32,000 nucleotides of DNA from Paramicrosporidium saccamoebae KSL3 (GCA_002794465.1 MTSL01000169.1:91088-123087), one strand, 5' to 3'. Shown: positions 19,176 to 29,048, counted from the first letter of the stretch. The notes: generated by a model from the sequence alone, not told the origin. A program made the numbers and translations.

Positions 19176-19778
19176 ATGAAGCTTCTCCTGACCGTTCTGC
19201 TGTTCGTGGGAGTGGCATACTGCAAAAATCACGTGGAAAGCGACGAGATTGTGCAATTCATGCGCGCCAATCCTGCAGGCGATGCTGTTGAACTGCTGGA
19301 CGCACTGAATGAGGATGAACCAGACATGCCGAAAGGATGGAGCAACTGTGGCTCCTCCGACGATCTCTTCTCTCTTCACTCTTTCACTCTAACGCCAGAT
19401 CCTCCGCGTCGCTCGCAGATGCTCTCAGTGCGTGTCGCCGGAAACCTTGCCACACCCCTCGCCGGTGGAACACTTAATTACACAGTCACATTTGGCATTA
19501 TCCCAATTGTGCAGGATTCGCTGAGCCTATGTGACGCATTGGCGTTGGAGCCCAAGATCCCCCAATGTCCCTTGCGGAGTGGAGACTGGGATGTACGCCA
19601 TGAGGTAGAACTGCCGCGTGAGGTTCCGTTTGGAAAATACAAGGTACGGGCGGCTGCATGGGATGTGGAGGGAAGACAGATTTTCTGTGTTGAGGGCACA
19701 ACGGTGATTGGGATTATGATGGCCCAAGCCAAGAAGCAGCTGGAATGGAACCGTCAATTTGACTTTGACGACGTCTGA
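19176..19778 (+). CDS. NPC2: ML/NPC2-family sterol or lipid transfer protein, secreted
   Basis: Signal peptide MKLLLTVLLFVGVAYC; WSNCGSSDDL, LTPDPPRRSQ, SLCDAL..CPL..G, VELPREVPFGKYKV..A..G..IFC. Confidence 0.9.
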   Translation: MKLLLTVLLFVGVAYCKNHVESDEIVQFMRANPAGDAVELLDALNEDEPDMPKGWSNCGSSDDLFSLHSFTLTPDPPRRSQMLSVRVAGNLATPLAGGTLNYTVTFGIIPIVQDSLSLCDALALEPKIPQCPLRSGDWDVRHEVELPREVPFGKYKVRAAAWDVEGRQIFCVEGTTVIGIMMAQAKKQLEWNRQFDFDDV

Positions 19779-19923
19779 GCTCTGTGATAAATAAAGTTGC
19801 TAGCTGCGAGATTATAAGTGTGCCAAGACCCGTTATTTCGCGAGCTTGGATGGTGGGATGGCCTTCTGAATTGGGGCTATCGCTCATACTATTGAATGTA
19901 ATGATTTTGTATTTTGCTAGTCC

Positions 19924-20046
19924 TATCTGTGGTCTATGCAATCTATGACCTGTGCAATTTGTGGCCCGTGTAATCTGTGGCCTGTGCAATTTGTGGCCGG
20001 TGCAATCTTTGGTCGGTGCAATTTGCAGTCTGTGTAGTCTGCACAT
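19924..20046. repeat. 16-nt minisatellite x7.5 in convergent gap
   Basis: Units from 19935: tatgcaatctatgacc, tgtgcaatttgtggcc, cgtgtaatctgtggcc, tgtgcaatttgtggcc, ggtgcaatctttggtc, ggtgcaatttgcagtc, tgtgtagtctgcacat. Confidence 0.92.
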
Positions 20047-20049
20047 TCG

Positions 20050-22638
20050 TTATGCCTGAGTGAACCTCGACGGTTTTTTGAGACACGAGCGGAGCGGAGT
20101 TGCCTGGCCGGGTGCAGCCATACTACATTCGTTTCTACAATATGACTTACCGGCCTCCAGTCGAAAGTTTAGCGTTGTGAGGGGCTCCCCACACGAGTTG
20201 CATTGCAGACACGAACTGTGGAATGCTGCAAAGGGCGTCTTTTTTAGCTCAGAGGGGTGGACCACCTTGAGGTGGCAAATGTTGCATTCCATCTCGACGA
20301 AAGGGGTTAGGTCCGTATCGACAGCCTTTCCGGGAGCCATCTTGGCAAATTTCTGGTCAACCTCAACGACCGATCTTCGACGCTGATTGTCACGCGGAAC
20401 AGTGGCGTGTGGAGGGACGCGGAGCGACGAGGATCGACGATGTGAACCCAACGAATCTTGGGCCTTGTGGGTAGTCGAAATCCAGGGAGACCCAAATTCG
20501 CTAGGATTCGGATCGTACTGGTCGATTATCGAGCCAAATTCGCTTCGATCCGTGGCCTTGGTTTCATCAACCACAGTTCTTAAAGTGGAAGGCGGTGCTT
20601 TGCTGATGCTATTCATGCGACTGTTGGACGCATGAGGAGGCTGTGTCAGAGTAGGTCGGCTCCACACGACGGGTGACTCTTCCACTTCTAAAGTCTTGGG
20701 CTCGCTGGTACGCTGGTTCTTTTTAAACTTGTTCGCCATACTTTCCAGGTCCACTTCACTTTCCGTCATTGCCGTCTCGGACAGGTTCGAGTCACTTCTA
20801 AAGTGTTTTGCCAGGTTAATGCGACTCCAGAACGACTTTTTCGTATCAGCCTGAGGTTCCGGTTTTGGTGTTTGCGGTGCAGAGGCGACACGACTGTCTG
20901 GCTGACTGGGTACACGACTCGAACGTGCACTGGTTGGTTTGCTACCGGACACTTCGTTAGGATCGCGTTCCGTAATGGACAGTTCCTTGGCTTCCGTTTC
21001 TGGAATCTTGGTCTTTTTGTTAGTCACACGATTGATCCAATCCAAGAAGCCCTTTCCCTCGGCCTTCTTTGCCTTGGGTGGAGCAGTGTTAATCTTACCA
21101 ATCTTGGCCTTCATGATGGGTTTGCGGAGGGCCCGACGGATCTTGATCATTGCGGAGCGGCCGTCATGGTCACGAGTCTCCTCGGGGATGACTGCAGCCT
21201 CCATGGCTTCATTTCGGAAGAGCGCAAACAGTCCGTTTATGCTGTCCATGATGCCATCGATGCAGTCACTGTTCAATGTGTTGGACGGGACAAACTCACT
21301 ACGACCCTCGACGATGCTAGCAAAGTTGATAATATCCGTCACCAGCGTCTGCACCTCCGGCACCACCTTGCAGGCAAATGCTCCGCTTTCCATTTGAAGG
21401 ATGGACAGGAGGAAGGTCCGGATAGACTCTATCCACACTGACACTTCCTTTCGGCGCGGCTTCTTTCGACTCAGTAGTGCCTCTGATCCAAGCTCCACTT
21501 GCTTCAACATGCGCTCCACGTCATTGATCCATCTTTCATGGTCTGCCTCTGCATTTTGCGTTTCCTCCAGCACATTTGTCTCCTCCTTCTCTGGTCTATC
21601 TCTAATCTTCTTGCGGGCCTCAAAGAGCGGTGGGGTTTCCTGGGCGGCAGTCATGGCGTCAATCATTTCCATTGTGATTGGCTCGTTAATCTCGCGAGAC
21701 GTATGGCAGCGCTGTAGACATTTGACCCATTTCTCCACTCTGCGCTTCGAGTGCGATTTACAGCGATGGGCTGTTCCATCAGTCTCGACAATATCAAAGG
21801 AGTAGCTCGTCTTTTGATTGTTACCACCGCGGTAGATGATCTGACACTCGTCAATGTTTGTGATTGCTTTCTTCCAGCCGCGATCAGTGGGCGACTTGAA
21901 GTAGAACAATGAAGTACCCTGAAGGGCAAACCAGAATCTCTTGCTGCCCAGCGTTAGTCCTGTCTCGTGGAGCAACAGAGCGCTCTGACGTGTGATGCCG
22001 AGATGGGCTTGTGTCTCGTGTTCAGGGAGCATCATGTACTGGAAGAACTTTGAATTCTCCGCATCCTCCTCCCGTACTAGAGCCAGTGCATTTGCGCTAC
22101 CCACTAGCATGCTGCAGTGGGAACGATAGTTTCCATATAGTGCAAAGCGATTCTCTTGTGGGCCCAATGTTAGACATGCGCGAAGTAAGAGTTCCAGCTC
22201 CAGAATGTGATCAGAGGGTGCACAGTAGAGGTCTAGAAACCACACAGGCAAACCGAGGACCATTCTAGTGTACGGGTTAAAGAAGACACGGATGCGACTC
22301 TCCTTATCTACGACCCATAGATCACATTCATTGAACATTGCACCCGTAGTCTCGTCGAGGCTATTTTCGGAGGACTCGTCATCCTTGGTCGAATAGCTGT
22401 CCTCTATCACCTCTTCCTCCTCTCGTGGAGGACGACAATACTTGATGGCTGGGTCTTTTCGATCTACAGGCACAGTCCTCACCACACGCTTAAAGACGTC
22501 TCGCTGCGCGTGGATCATTTGGCAGCCCTTTCCGTACTCGGAGAGGAGCTGTCCAATGGTCACTGATTCATCGATCGCGTAGGGGCGGACCTCGCCCCCG
22601 CGGCGGATATATATTGTTGCTGTCAATGTTGGTGTCAT
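20050..22638 (-). CDS. 862-aa adaptor: possible N-terminal ubiquitin-like/RA regions, PH domain, disordered region, C-terminal LIM domain
   Basis: PH: KRFWFALQGTSLFYFKSP...YSFDIV...SHSKRRVEKWVKCLQ. LIM: CNIC-x17-HSSCLQCNSC-x17-CRNEC. Confidence 0.8.
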   Translation of the reverse strand: MTPTLTATIYIRRGGEVRPYAIDESVTIGQLLSEYGKGCQMIHAQRDVFKRVVRTVPVDRKDPAIKYCRPPREEEEVIEDSYSTKDDESSENSLDETTGAMFNECDLWVVDKESRIRVFFNPYTRMVLGLPVWFLDLYCAPSDHILELELLLRACLTLGPQENRFALYGNYRSHCSMLVGSANALALVREEDAENSKFFQYMMLPEHETQAHLGITRQSALLLHETGLTLGSKRFWFALQGTSLFYFKSPTDRGWKKAITNIDECQIIYRGGNNQKTSYSFDIVETDGTAHRCKSHSKRRVEKWVKCLQRCHTSREINEPITMEMIDAMTAAQETPPLFEARKKIRDRPEKEETNVLEETQNAEADHERWINDVERMLKQVELGSEALLSRKKPRRKEVSVWIESIRTFLLSILQMESGAFACKVVPEVQTLVTDIINFASIVEGRSEFVPSNTLNSDCIDGIMDSINGLFALFRNEAMEAAVIPEETRDHDGRSAMIKIRRALRKPIMKAKIGKINTAPPKAKKAEGKGFLDWINRVTNKKTKIPETEAKELSITERDPNEVSGSKPTSARSSRVPSQPDSRVASAPQTPKPEPQADTKKSFWSRINLAKHFRSDSNLSETAMTESEVDLESMANKFKKNQRTSEPKTLEVEESPVVWSRPTLTQPPHASNSRMNSISKAPPSTLRTVVDETKATDRSEFGSIIDQYDPNPSEFGSPWISTTHKAQDSLGSHRRSSSLRVPPHATVPRDNQRRRSVVEVDQKFAKMAPGKAVDTDLTPFVEMECNICHLKVVHPSELKKTPFAAFHSSCLQCNSCGEPLTTLNFRLEAGKSYCRNECSMAAPGQATPLRSCLKKPSRFTQA

Positions 22639-22894
22639 GTACCGACGAGTGTTGGATCTCTGTGAGACCTTTTATTCCTCTCCATTCTATTATTAGAATA
22701 TTCAAAGCCGTTCATTGGACATGGCTAATTAAAGAAACTCGCTCAACTCGTCATTGGCGGCAAGTTATAATGAATCGGAATAGTTTATTGGCTGCTATAA
22801 TTACACAAGTTATCAATGAGAGAAAACATCAAGACCAAGATCAATGCCATATAACCGACCCAGAGATAACGAATCTTTACTACAAATCTCATAA

Positions 22895-23630
22895 TTAGCC
22901 CTTTTTCTTGAAAAATTGCGTTAATGATCGATGGCCCTTTGTGTCTGCATCGGTAATCTTGGACTTTTTCACAGTCTTTTTGGTGACTTCTGGTGTAGCA
23001 GGAGTGTTATTGTAGACAACGCTCCTGGGAGGTTCAATGGACATTTTTGTGCAAAAAAGTTCAACCAAGTGAGTACCAAAAATGGGAAGGAGCATATCGA
23101 GAACAAACTTTTTAGGGTCCATTTCCTTGTTCCATCGTTTTAGATTAACACTATTATTCTTCCAATGTTGAAAGAGGGGGACCATTTCCACCATTTGAGA
23201 TCGCTCTTTAATCTACACATTATCGCTGCGGATAGACACGGCTACTAGAGCAATCAATGTTTCAAGAGCAGCTTCCTCGCCAAGATCCAACATTGCTACT
23301 TCAACATTGGGCAACTCTAGCAGAGCAGTCCGCCACTCATCGATCGTATCCATCGTCAAATGTCCTGCATGACATGCGACTATGTGTGTCAACACCAAAA
23401 AGACCACATTTATAGGCATCAGATAGACCTGCGGCCTGGACATGACAAAGTCCCCCCAAATACATGACCCTTCCCCTCCCTCCATTACCAGATACACCAA
23501 TCCGCTGCCATCCACCGCCACTGTTACCTTTTGCTCTGCGTTCCATAGCGTCACTGTCTTCCTCACCTCTCCAAACTCTGTCCATTAGTCTCCATTACGA
23601 CGTACCATGGGGAACAACGAGCGCGCGCAT
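22895..23630 (-). CDS. RNH202: RNase H2 subunit B (Rnh202/RNASEH2B), 224 aa, 2 introns
   Basis: Introns 23578-23605 (GTACGT..GACTAAT..CAG) and 23213-23245. Motif SCIWGDFVMSRPQVYLMPINVVFLVL; C-terminal PIP box DTKGHRSLTQFF. Confidence 0.85.
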
Positions 23631-23643
23631 CCCCGGGGCCACG

Positions 23644-24267
23644 ATGAATGCCCAACTGACGGCCAAGGCTGAGCGCCAGTTACAGGCCGTACGCTCTGAC
23701 ATGGAGCGTCTAGAAGGAGATGGTACAGCGTTACAGGACGTGTCAGCGGGACTGGCAACGGCCATGCTGACACTCAGAAGTCTGGAAGAGTCGCTCAATA
23801 GGGAGACTTCGATGGAAAAGAGACAACAAGGCAAACAACGGATAAAGGAACTGAGGGCAGAACATCAGTCACTGAAGGATTCCGTTGAGCGATTTAGAGC
23901 CAAATGCAAAGAATCTGAAAGAGCCACCGTCCGCACTGCTCTGTTAACGCCGGGAACTGTTCGTCCCACTGTCGCCCTTACTGAAGCCGCCCTTCAAGAG
24001 CGCGAAGACTCTACCCTGCGGTACGCATCCCACCAGATGGATGAATACATTACCATTGGCACAGGCACCTTGGATTCCCTTCGGACTCAGAGAGGTGCAT
24101 TAAAGTCTGCCCAACGAAGAGTTTTGGATGTGGGCACGACCCTCGGGCTTAGTCAGTCAGTGATGCGCGTCATTTCACGACGGACTGCGCAGGACCGGTA
24201 TATTTTCTGGTTTGGGGTGATAGTCACCATTTTTGTCATATATTTATGCTGGAGGTATATCATGTAG
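23644..24267 (+). CDS. BOS1: ER-Golgi Qb-SNARE Bos1/membrin (GOSR2)
   Basis: Habc helices; SNARE motif MDEYI..G...LDSLRTQR..LKSAQRRVLDVGTTLGLSQSVMRVISRR..QD; C-terminal TM. Confidence 0.92.
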   Translation: MNAQLTAKAERQLQAVRSDMERLEGDGTALQDVSAGLATAMLTLRSLEESLNRETSMEKRQQGKQRIKELRAEHQSLKDSVERFRAKCKESERATVRTALLTPGTVRPTVALTEAALQEREDSTLRYASHQMDEYITIGTGTLDSLRTQRGALKSAQRRVLDVGTTLGLSQSVMRVISRRTAQDRYIFWFGVIVTIFVIYLCWRYIM

Positions 24268-24387
24268 TCCAATTGCGAGGTTTATAGTAAAGATTCTGTA
24301 AGACACTATCTGCGGTCCATGGGCAATCCCGCCGACGGCGAATATTGTCCTGCAGTAGCTTTTCACTCAACCTTCAGACCCTTTGTT

Positions 24388-24481
24388 TCTGGTCTGTATA
24401 TAAGCTCACATAATAGATTCTTCATCTCTGGTTTGCGTATACTTTTATATAAGACTTTTATCTCTGGTCTGTGTATACTTT
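24388..24481. repeat. Degenerate repeat x3 (period 36-39) in convergent gap
   Basis: tctggtctgtatat (24388), atctctggtttgcgtatacttt (24424), atctctggtctgtgtatacttt (24460); last two are 20/22 identical. Confidence 0.75.
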
Positions 24482-24497
24482 CACGTTTATACAGTAT

Positions 24498-25437
24498 TTA
24501 GCCGAGGTTGTGGGTGTTACCCCATCCACGAGGATTGTCATCTTTGAAAATGTCAAACTTGCGGTCCTTCTCATTCTGTCTATCCGAAACTTTGTCGCAA
24601 TCTTCATCCTCCTCAATGACCGGCCCGTCAGGTGTTGAGCTGATGATTCCACCACGCTGCCGCTCGAGATTAAGATATTCGTCAACCGTCATGGTGGGGA
24701 GAGAATGCCCGGGCCGGAAGACATCCCGGGCCACCTGTTGTCGGTCCTTGACCAGAACAAATGGCTGTGTGATTTTAGAGACTGTTGGGGGAGAAACAGG
24801 CTTGATCGGCTTGGCTTCAAGGGGTGCCTTGTGATGACGCAGCAAGTCCAATTCGCCATCTATGCTTTCTAATTCAGTAGTTGCTTCAATCGAAGATAAT
24901 CGTATTTGAATCACGGACAATTCTCTTTCTACATCTTCCCCATCCAGTAGCAATTTGGATTCCTACGGATTACTACAGTGCATCTGATGATACCTCTAAC
25001 TGTCTCCGCAGACTGGAAACGGCCTTTACGCGTGCTATCTTTACCTCCCGGATCAGACGAGGATCCTCTACTGGCCGCATCAGCAGGGTGGTTTCTTCAT
25101 CCAACAAGGAATACTGTCTAACCCGGGCTGTAAACGATGCTAGTTTGGCTCTGGCCATTTCCAAATGCAATAATCTGTCGGTCTGATCATGCGACCGATG
25201 CAATGCCAAGACTTTGCCCAAATAGTACTCGACTGCCAGAAACCGCACCGACGACGTTTGAAGGTCCTCAAACGTCTCATTAGAGCTGAACAGTGCCAGC
25301 GCTGCCACCCTCCGTTCACATTCTTCCCATATAGCGACACACCTAATATACAATTCTTGCTCATACTTCCGCTCCACCTCTTCATATAGTGAGACTGCCT
25401 CTCCGAAGAGCGCCGGTAGGGAACGGTCCTCCCACAT
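24498..25437 (-). CDS. TAP42: Tap42/alpha4 (IGBP1) PP2A-family regulator, 302 aa
   Basis: SLPALF, LFSSNETFEDLQTSSVRFL..EYYLG, REVKIAR, PTMTVDEYL..ER.RGGII, FDIFKDDNPRGWGN; 31-nt intron 24963..24993. Confidence 0.93.
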
Positions 25438-25463
25438 TGGATGCCCTGGGTGCATGCCAGTCC

Positions 25464-26456
25464 ATGGACGAAGAGACATTCGACCACCAAATATCACGTC
25501 TCCTAGAATGCTTCCCCGAAGTCGATTTGGAAATACTTACTGAAGCAGTGTTGGAATCAGCCGGGTCATTGCCAGATGCTATCAACCATGTTTTGGCGCG
25601 CATCCTTGACCAAACAGACAGCGAAGAGGATACTGTGGGCAATTATTCTCCCATAGTATTGGAACTGCGAAATATATTTCCGTCAATTGAAGTAGAAGTA
25701 ATTGACGCTTTTGTGTCCGCGTCCTTACCCGAAACAAATGTTGAGGTCCTGTCTAACGAACTGATGCTTCTTTTGGGTGAAGGTGCACCCACAAAGAAGC
25801 GAAAAATTCAGTGGAAGAAGCTTGAACACGACGAGATTAGCCAGTATTGCGCTTGGAAGCTTCCTTCTCGATGTATCCCTGTGCAGTCTCCATGCAAAAA
25901 TACGACCGAGTTGATTCGTGTAATCCAAGATTTTTTAAAGTCCCAAGTAACTGATCTGGATAATCTCGACGAGGATCCTCAAGATTTGCGAGATCAAGCC
26001 CTCGAGTTGCATTTTGAACGAGGAAGAATTATTGCAAGAGCTTCCGAGGCTCATGGGCGTGGAGGATTGACAGGAGGCTCTTCCGCCCAATACTACGCCT
26101 CAGAGGCTCTCAAGGCGGGAAAGAAAATTGAGGCTCTCCACAAAAAAGCGGGCTATTTGACTTTTATCAAGTTCAATGATGAAGCGGCTGATGACGAGAT
26201 TGACCTTCACGAGCTGACCGTATCAGAAGCTCTCTCGGTTTTAGATATAATTGTACAGAATTTCTCCTCTCCAGGTATCTTGGGATCCGAACGATTAACT
26301 GTAGGTTGGAGGCCCAAAAACCTCAGACTCGTCACTGGCGCTGGCCGACACAGCGCCGCTGGACCCCGATTAAGGCCTGTTATTTGGCAGCGACTTCGTG
26401 AACTGGAAACTATGTTTAGATACGACGGTATTGCCGTCTTTGTATTATACAAGTAA
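25464..26456 (+). CDS. CUE2: CUE + Smr domain no-go-decay endonuclease, Cue2/N4BP2-like
   Basis: Two CUE-like units (LLECFPEVDLEIL; LRNIFPSIEVEVI); helical pre-Smr region; IDLHELTVSEA and LVTGAGRHS. Probable in-frame 30-nt intron 26275..26304. Confidence 0.85.
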   Translation: MDEETFDHQISRLLECFPEVDLEILTEAVLESAGSLPDAINHVLARILDQTDSEEDTVGNYSPIVLELRNIFPSIEVEVIDAFVSASLPETNVEVLSNELMLLLGEGAPTKKRKIQWKKLEHDEISQYCAWKLPSRCIPVQSPCKNTTELIRVIQDFLKSQVTDLDNLDEDPQDLRDQALELHFERGRIIARASEAHGRGGLTGGSSAQYYASEALKAGKKIEALHKKAGYLTFIKFNDEAADDEIDLHELTVSEALSVLDIIVQNFSSPGILGSERLTVGWRPKNLRLVTGAGRHSAAGPRLRPVIWQRLRELETMFRYDGIAVFVLYK

Positions 26457-26738
26457 AATAGTATTGGTGATGGTGTAATGATGTGTCTTAAAAGTCAGAA
26501 CACGAGTACAAGCGTCGTATAATGGGGAGCTGCCCTGAATCTTTTTGAGCAGGAAGGAGTTTGTTTGTTTCCTATTCGTAAAATCGCAGTGTACAGTGTG
26601 CTAAAAAGATGCTACCAACCTCACATTCTCAACAAACCCTCCACCAATCAATCCACCATCTGCAGGTATAACATTGGTGACCAGGGCTCGGAAAGTCGTT
26701 CATCTCCATAAGACTACCGTTGGGAGCGTCATCCATCC

Positions 26739-27353
26739 ATGGGAGCCTATAAATACGTCGAAGAATTATACAAGCGCAAGCAGTCTGATGTGCTCCGTTT
26801 CCTCCAGCGCATTCGCTGCTGGGAATACCGTCAGCTGAAGGCTATCCACCGCGCCTCCCGCCCCAGCCGTCCCGATAAGGCCCGCCGTCTTGGATACAAG
26901 GCCAAGCAAGGCTACGTCATCTACCGCATCCGCATCCGCCGCGGTGGTCGCAAGCGCCAGGTCCGTAAGGGACAGGTGATGGGAAAGCCCGCCGGACAGG
27001 GAGTGAACCAGTTGAAGCCCACTCGTGGACTGCGTGCCTTGGCTGAAGAGCGCGTCGGACGCAAGCTGGGTGGTCTTCGTGTGTTGAACTCATACTGGAT
27101 CTGCCAAGATGCGACGTTCAAGTACTTTGAGGTGATCCTGGTCGACCCCCATCACAAGGTTATCCGCCGCGATGCTCGCATCAGCTGGATCGCCAAGCCA
27201 ACCATGAAGCATCGTGAGATGCGTGGTCTGACTGGTGCCGGTAAGAAGAGCCGTGGACTTGGAAAGGGACACAAATTCAACAAGACTCAGGGTGGTTCTC
27301 TGCGCAAGAACTGGAAGCGACGCAACACTCTCCAGCTCCACCGCTACCGTTAA
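26739..27353 (+). CDS. RPL15: 60S ribosomal protein eL15, intronless
   Basis: [27 protein letters not shown]...[15 protein letters not shown]...[22 protein letters not shown]. Confidence 0.99.
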   Translation: MGAYKYVEELYKRKQSDVLRFLQRIRCWEYRQLKAIHRASRPSRPDKARRLGYKAKQGYVIYRIRIRRGGRKRQVRKGQVMGKPAGQGVNQLKPTRGLRALAEERVGRKLGGLRVLNSYWICQDATFKYFEVILVDPHHKVIRRDARISWIAKPTMKHREMRGLTGAGKKSRGLGKGHKFNKTQGGSLRKNWKRRNTLQLHRYR

Positions 27354-27406
27354 ATACTGTATCCTTTTTAGGCTCTCAGTCTATAATAAACGCACTTGTG
27401 CTACTA

Positions 27407-27433
27407 TCGCGTAGTGGAAGGGAGGGAAGGGGA
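27407..27433 (+). repeat. Fragment of dispersed repeat family B, 3' of RPL15
   Basis: tcgcgtagtgg followed by gggaagggg, the first two family-B modules in the same order, ~20 nt after an AATAAA. Confidence 0.4.
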
Positions 27434-27623
27434 CATTTGTCGGACGAAAGGGTGTCTTTTTGCATGCCTTTTATGAACGAATTTATTTGACAGGGAACTG
27501 GAAGCAGTACTCTTTCCATAGGACCCACAATTATCTCTGCAGTGACTGGCTCGCCTTAATGTCTTTATTGATTGGACAGCTTGGTAGAGCTAATGTTGTT
27601 GACCTTTACAGCTGCGCTAGGGT

Positions 27624-28598
27624 ATGAATGAACATGTCAATCTCGTGACGGAGCTAGCTCGGCTTGCTAGCAATGCTGATGAATTCCAGAAACTCTTACA
27701 GGAGGCCTGCAGTGCTCACGGTATCGACCCGATAAAGTGTCTCGCAACATACGTCATGAGGGACAATGTTGCACCTAGCCATGTGTCTGGGATTATTGCT
27801 ATGCTTGGAAACTACGAGTTTCTCAATGACAGAACATTTTTAGCAGGGCTGCAAGTAGCTGCCGCTAGCACGATTGCCAAGATGACATTCAAAGAGTTTG
27901 AATGTATTCTTTTCAAGGCCAAATTGTTCTATCTTTGTAAAAAGTTCAACGTTAAATATACACCCGAGCTCCTTTCCGTGGCAAAACGTCAGGATCCCTC
28001 TCAAAGCATCCCCTCGGCATGCCCATTTTCCACACGTCGTTCGCTGGTGGTCGAGCGCCCACCATTAGATATGATACTCGAACTTGACAAAGATACTGTG
28101 ACAGTGTCCAGCACAGATCCCTTTTTCTTAAAAGTTGCCAGTGCGACGAATCACTTTGCGATTCTGGATAAGCATTTACTCTTGGATGAGCGTTATCATA
28201 GCTCTTTTGGGCCTAGAGACAACCGATATTGCACGGAACGAGTTACTGCAGTACTGGAGAAAGGCGTGTGTAAAGAACTTGATCGTCTTGCCGGCTACAT
28301 CAACTTGAATGGTGCCGATATGATTAAATTGGGCATTTTCGAATCTATGATACCTTGCGATAAAGCAGCCCAACTATCCCGAGTGGTGCCATTCGTATTT
28401 CATATTACTGGGTGTACCGAAGCAATTTCAATCTTGATTCAGTTTCTTTATGAACTCGGCATTCATCCTGGCCCTGAAAAGGTGAGCCTGTTGATTGAAG
28501 AGTCCATCAAACACTCTGATATGAGTGTCCAAGAATTTGTTGATCATCTTCGAACCATATATCCCGAATTTTTAAATGCTCCCAGTTGCAAGGCCTAG
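27624..28598 (+). CDS. Hypothetical protein, 324 aa, no recognised domain
   Basis: Long uninterrupted ORF filling the gap; helical, globular-like composition. Confidence 0.65.
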   Translation: MNEHVNLVTELARLASNADEFQKLLQEACSAHGIDPIKCLATYVMRDNVAPSHVSGIIAMLGNYEFLNDRTFLAGLQVAAASTIAKMTFKEFECILFKAKLFYLCKKFNVKYTPELLSVAKRQDPSQSIPSACPFSTRRSLVVERPPLDMILELDKDTVTVSSTDPFFLKVASATNHFAILDKHLLLDERYHSSFGPRDNRYCTERVTAVLEKGVCKELDRLAGYINLNGADMIKLGIFESMIPCDKAAQLSRVVPFVFHITGCTEAISILIQFLYELGIHPGPEKVSLLIEESIKHSDMSVQEFVDHLRTIYPEFLNAPSCKA

Positions 28599-28708
28599 GA
28601 TGCTATAATATTGTGAGGTTTGTACTAAAGATTTTTTATTGGGTTGTTGACCCGTGGCATATTCTTATAGGATCCACTATTGGGATGATAAAAGGCTGTC
28701 AATCCGCC

Positions 28709-28758
28709 GACATGATACGACACGACGCGATGTGATATGGAATGGAATGGCATGAACC
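28709..28758. repeat. Decayed 5-nt microsatellite x10 in convergent gap
   Basis: gacat gatac gacac gacgc gatgt gatat ggaat ggaat ggcat gaacc. Confidence 0.65.
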
Positions 28759-28806
28759 CGTATTATACTCTCCCATAAACGCTATATTGGTCTATTTACA
28801 GATCTT

Positions 28807-29028
28807 TTATCCACGCAACAAAGACTCTAGCTTGTCGATAGATTCTTCCATTTCTACTTTTGTCACTGGTTTGCGACTCTTTCTTTTCTTCGAGATGGCT
28901 TTTGGTGCTAGTAGTTCTTGCTGCAGATTAACAAACTGCTCGTCTACTGCCAGCAGCGCCTCCTTCCTCCTATGGTCCTTCTTGGGTTTCCTAATGCCGG
29001 CCATCCGAGCCAGCTTACCCATCGTCAT
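28807..29028 (-). CDS. Small basic protein resembling ribosome biogenesis factor RBIS/C8orf59
   Basis: KEALLAVDEQFVNLQQEL (cf. EEKVNRVNKAFVNVQKEL) and VEMEESIDKLESLL (cf. VNVDEATRLMALL). Start uncertain; alternative spliced start at 29050. Confidence 0.45.
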   Translation of the reverse strand: MTMGKLARMAGIRKPKKDHRRKEALLAVDEQFVNLQQELLAPKAISKKRKSRKPVTKVEMEESIDKLESLLRG

Positions 29029-29048
29029 GTGCGTACCCTGGCTGTACC

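Noticed and set aside
8515-21805. Long antisense or alternate-frame ORFs (e.g. 2424..2924, 8515..9027, 9474..10061, 11984..12316, 13452..13829, 13518..13964, 20803..21441)
   Set aside because: They are shadows of well-supported genes on the other strand or frame; their low-complexity translations mirror the codon content of the real CDS.
26470-26545. Possible box C/D snoRNA (ATGATGT ... CTGA) upstream of RPL15
   Set aside because: Box C is imperfect, there is no convincing terminal stem, and I could not identify an rRNA-complementary guide. It would need snoscan or Infernal.
27554-27583. ccttaat...ttgattgga.agcttg resembling part of element A upstream of the orphan ORF
   Set aside because: The match is short, needs a 7-nt gap and centres on a generic CCAAT box; it could be chance.
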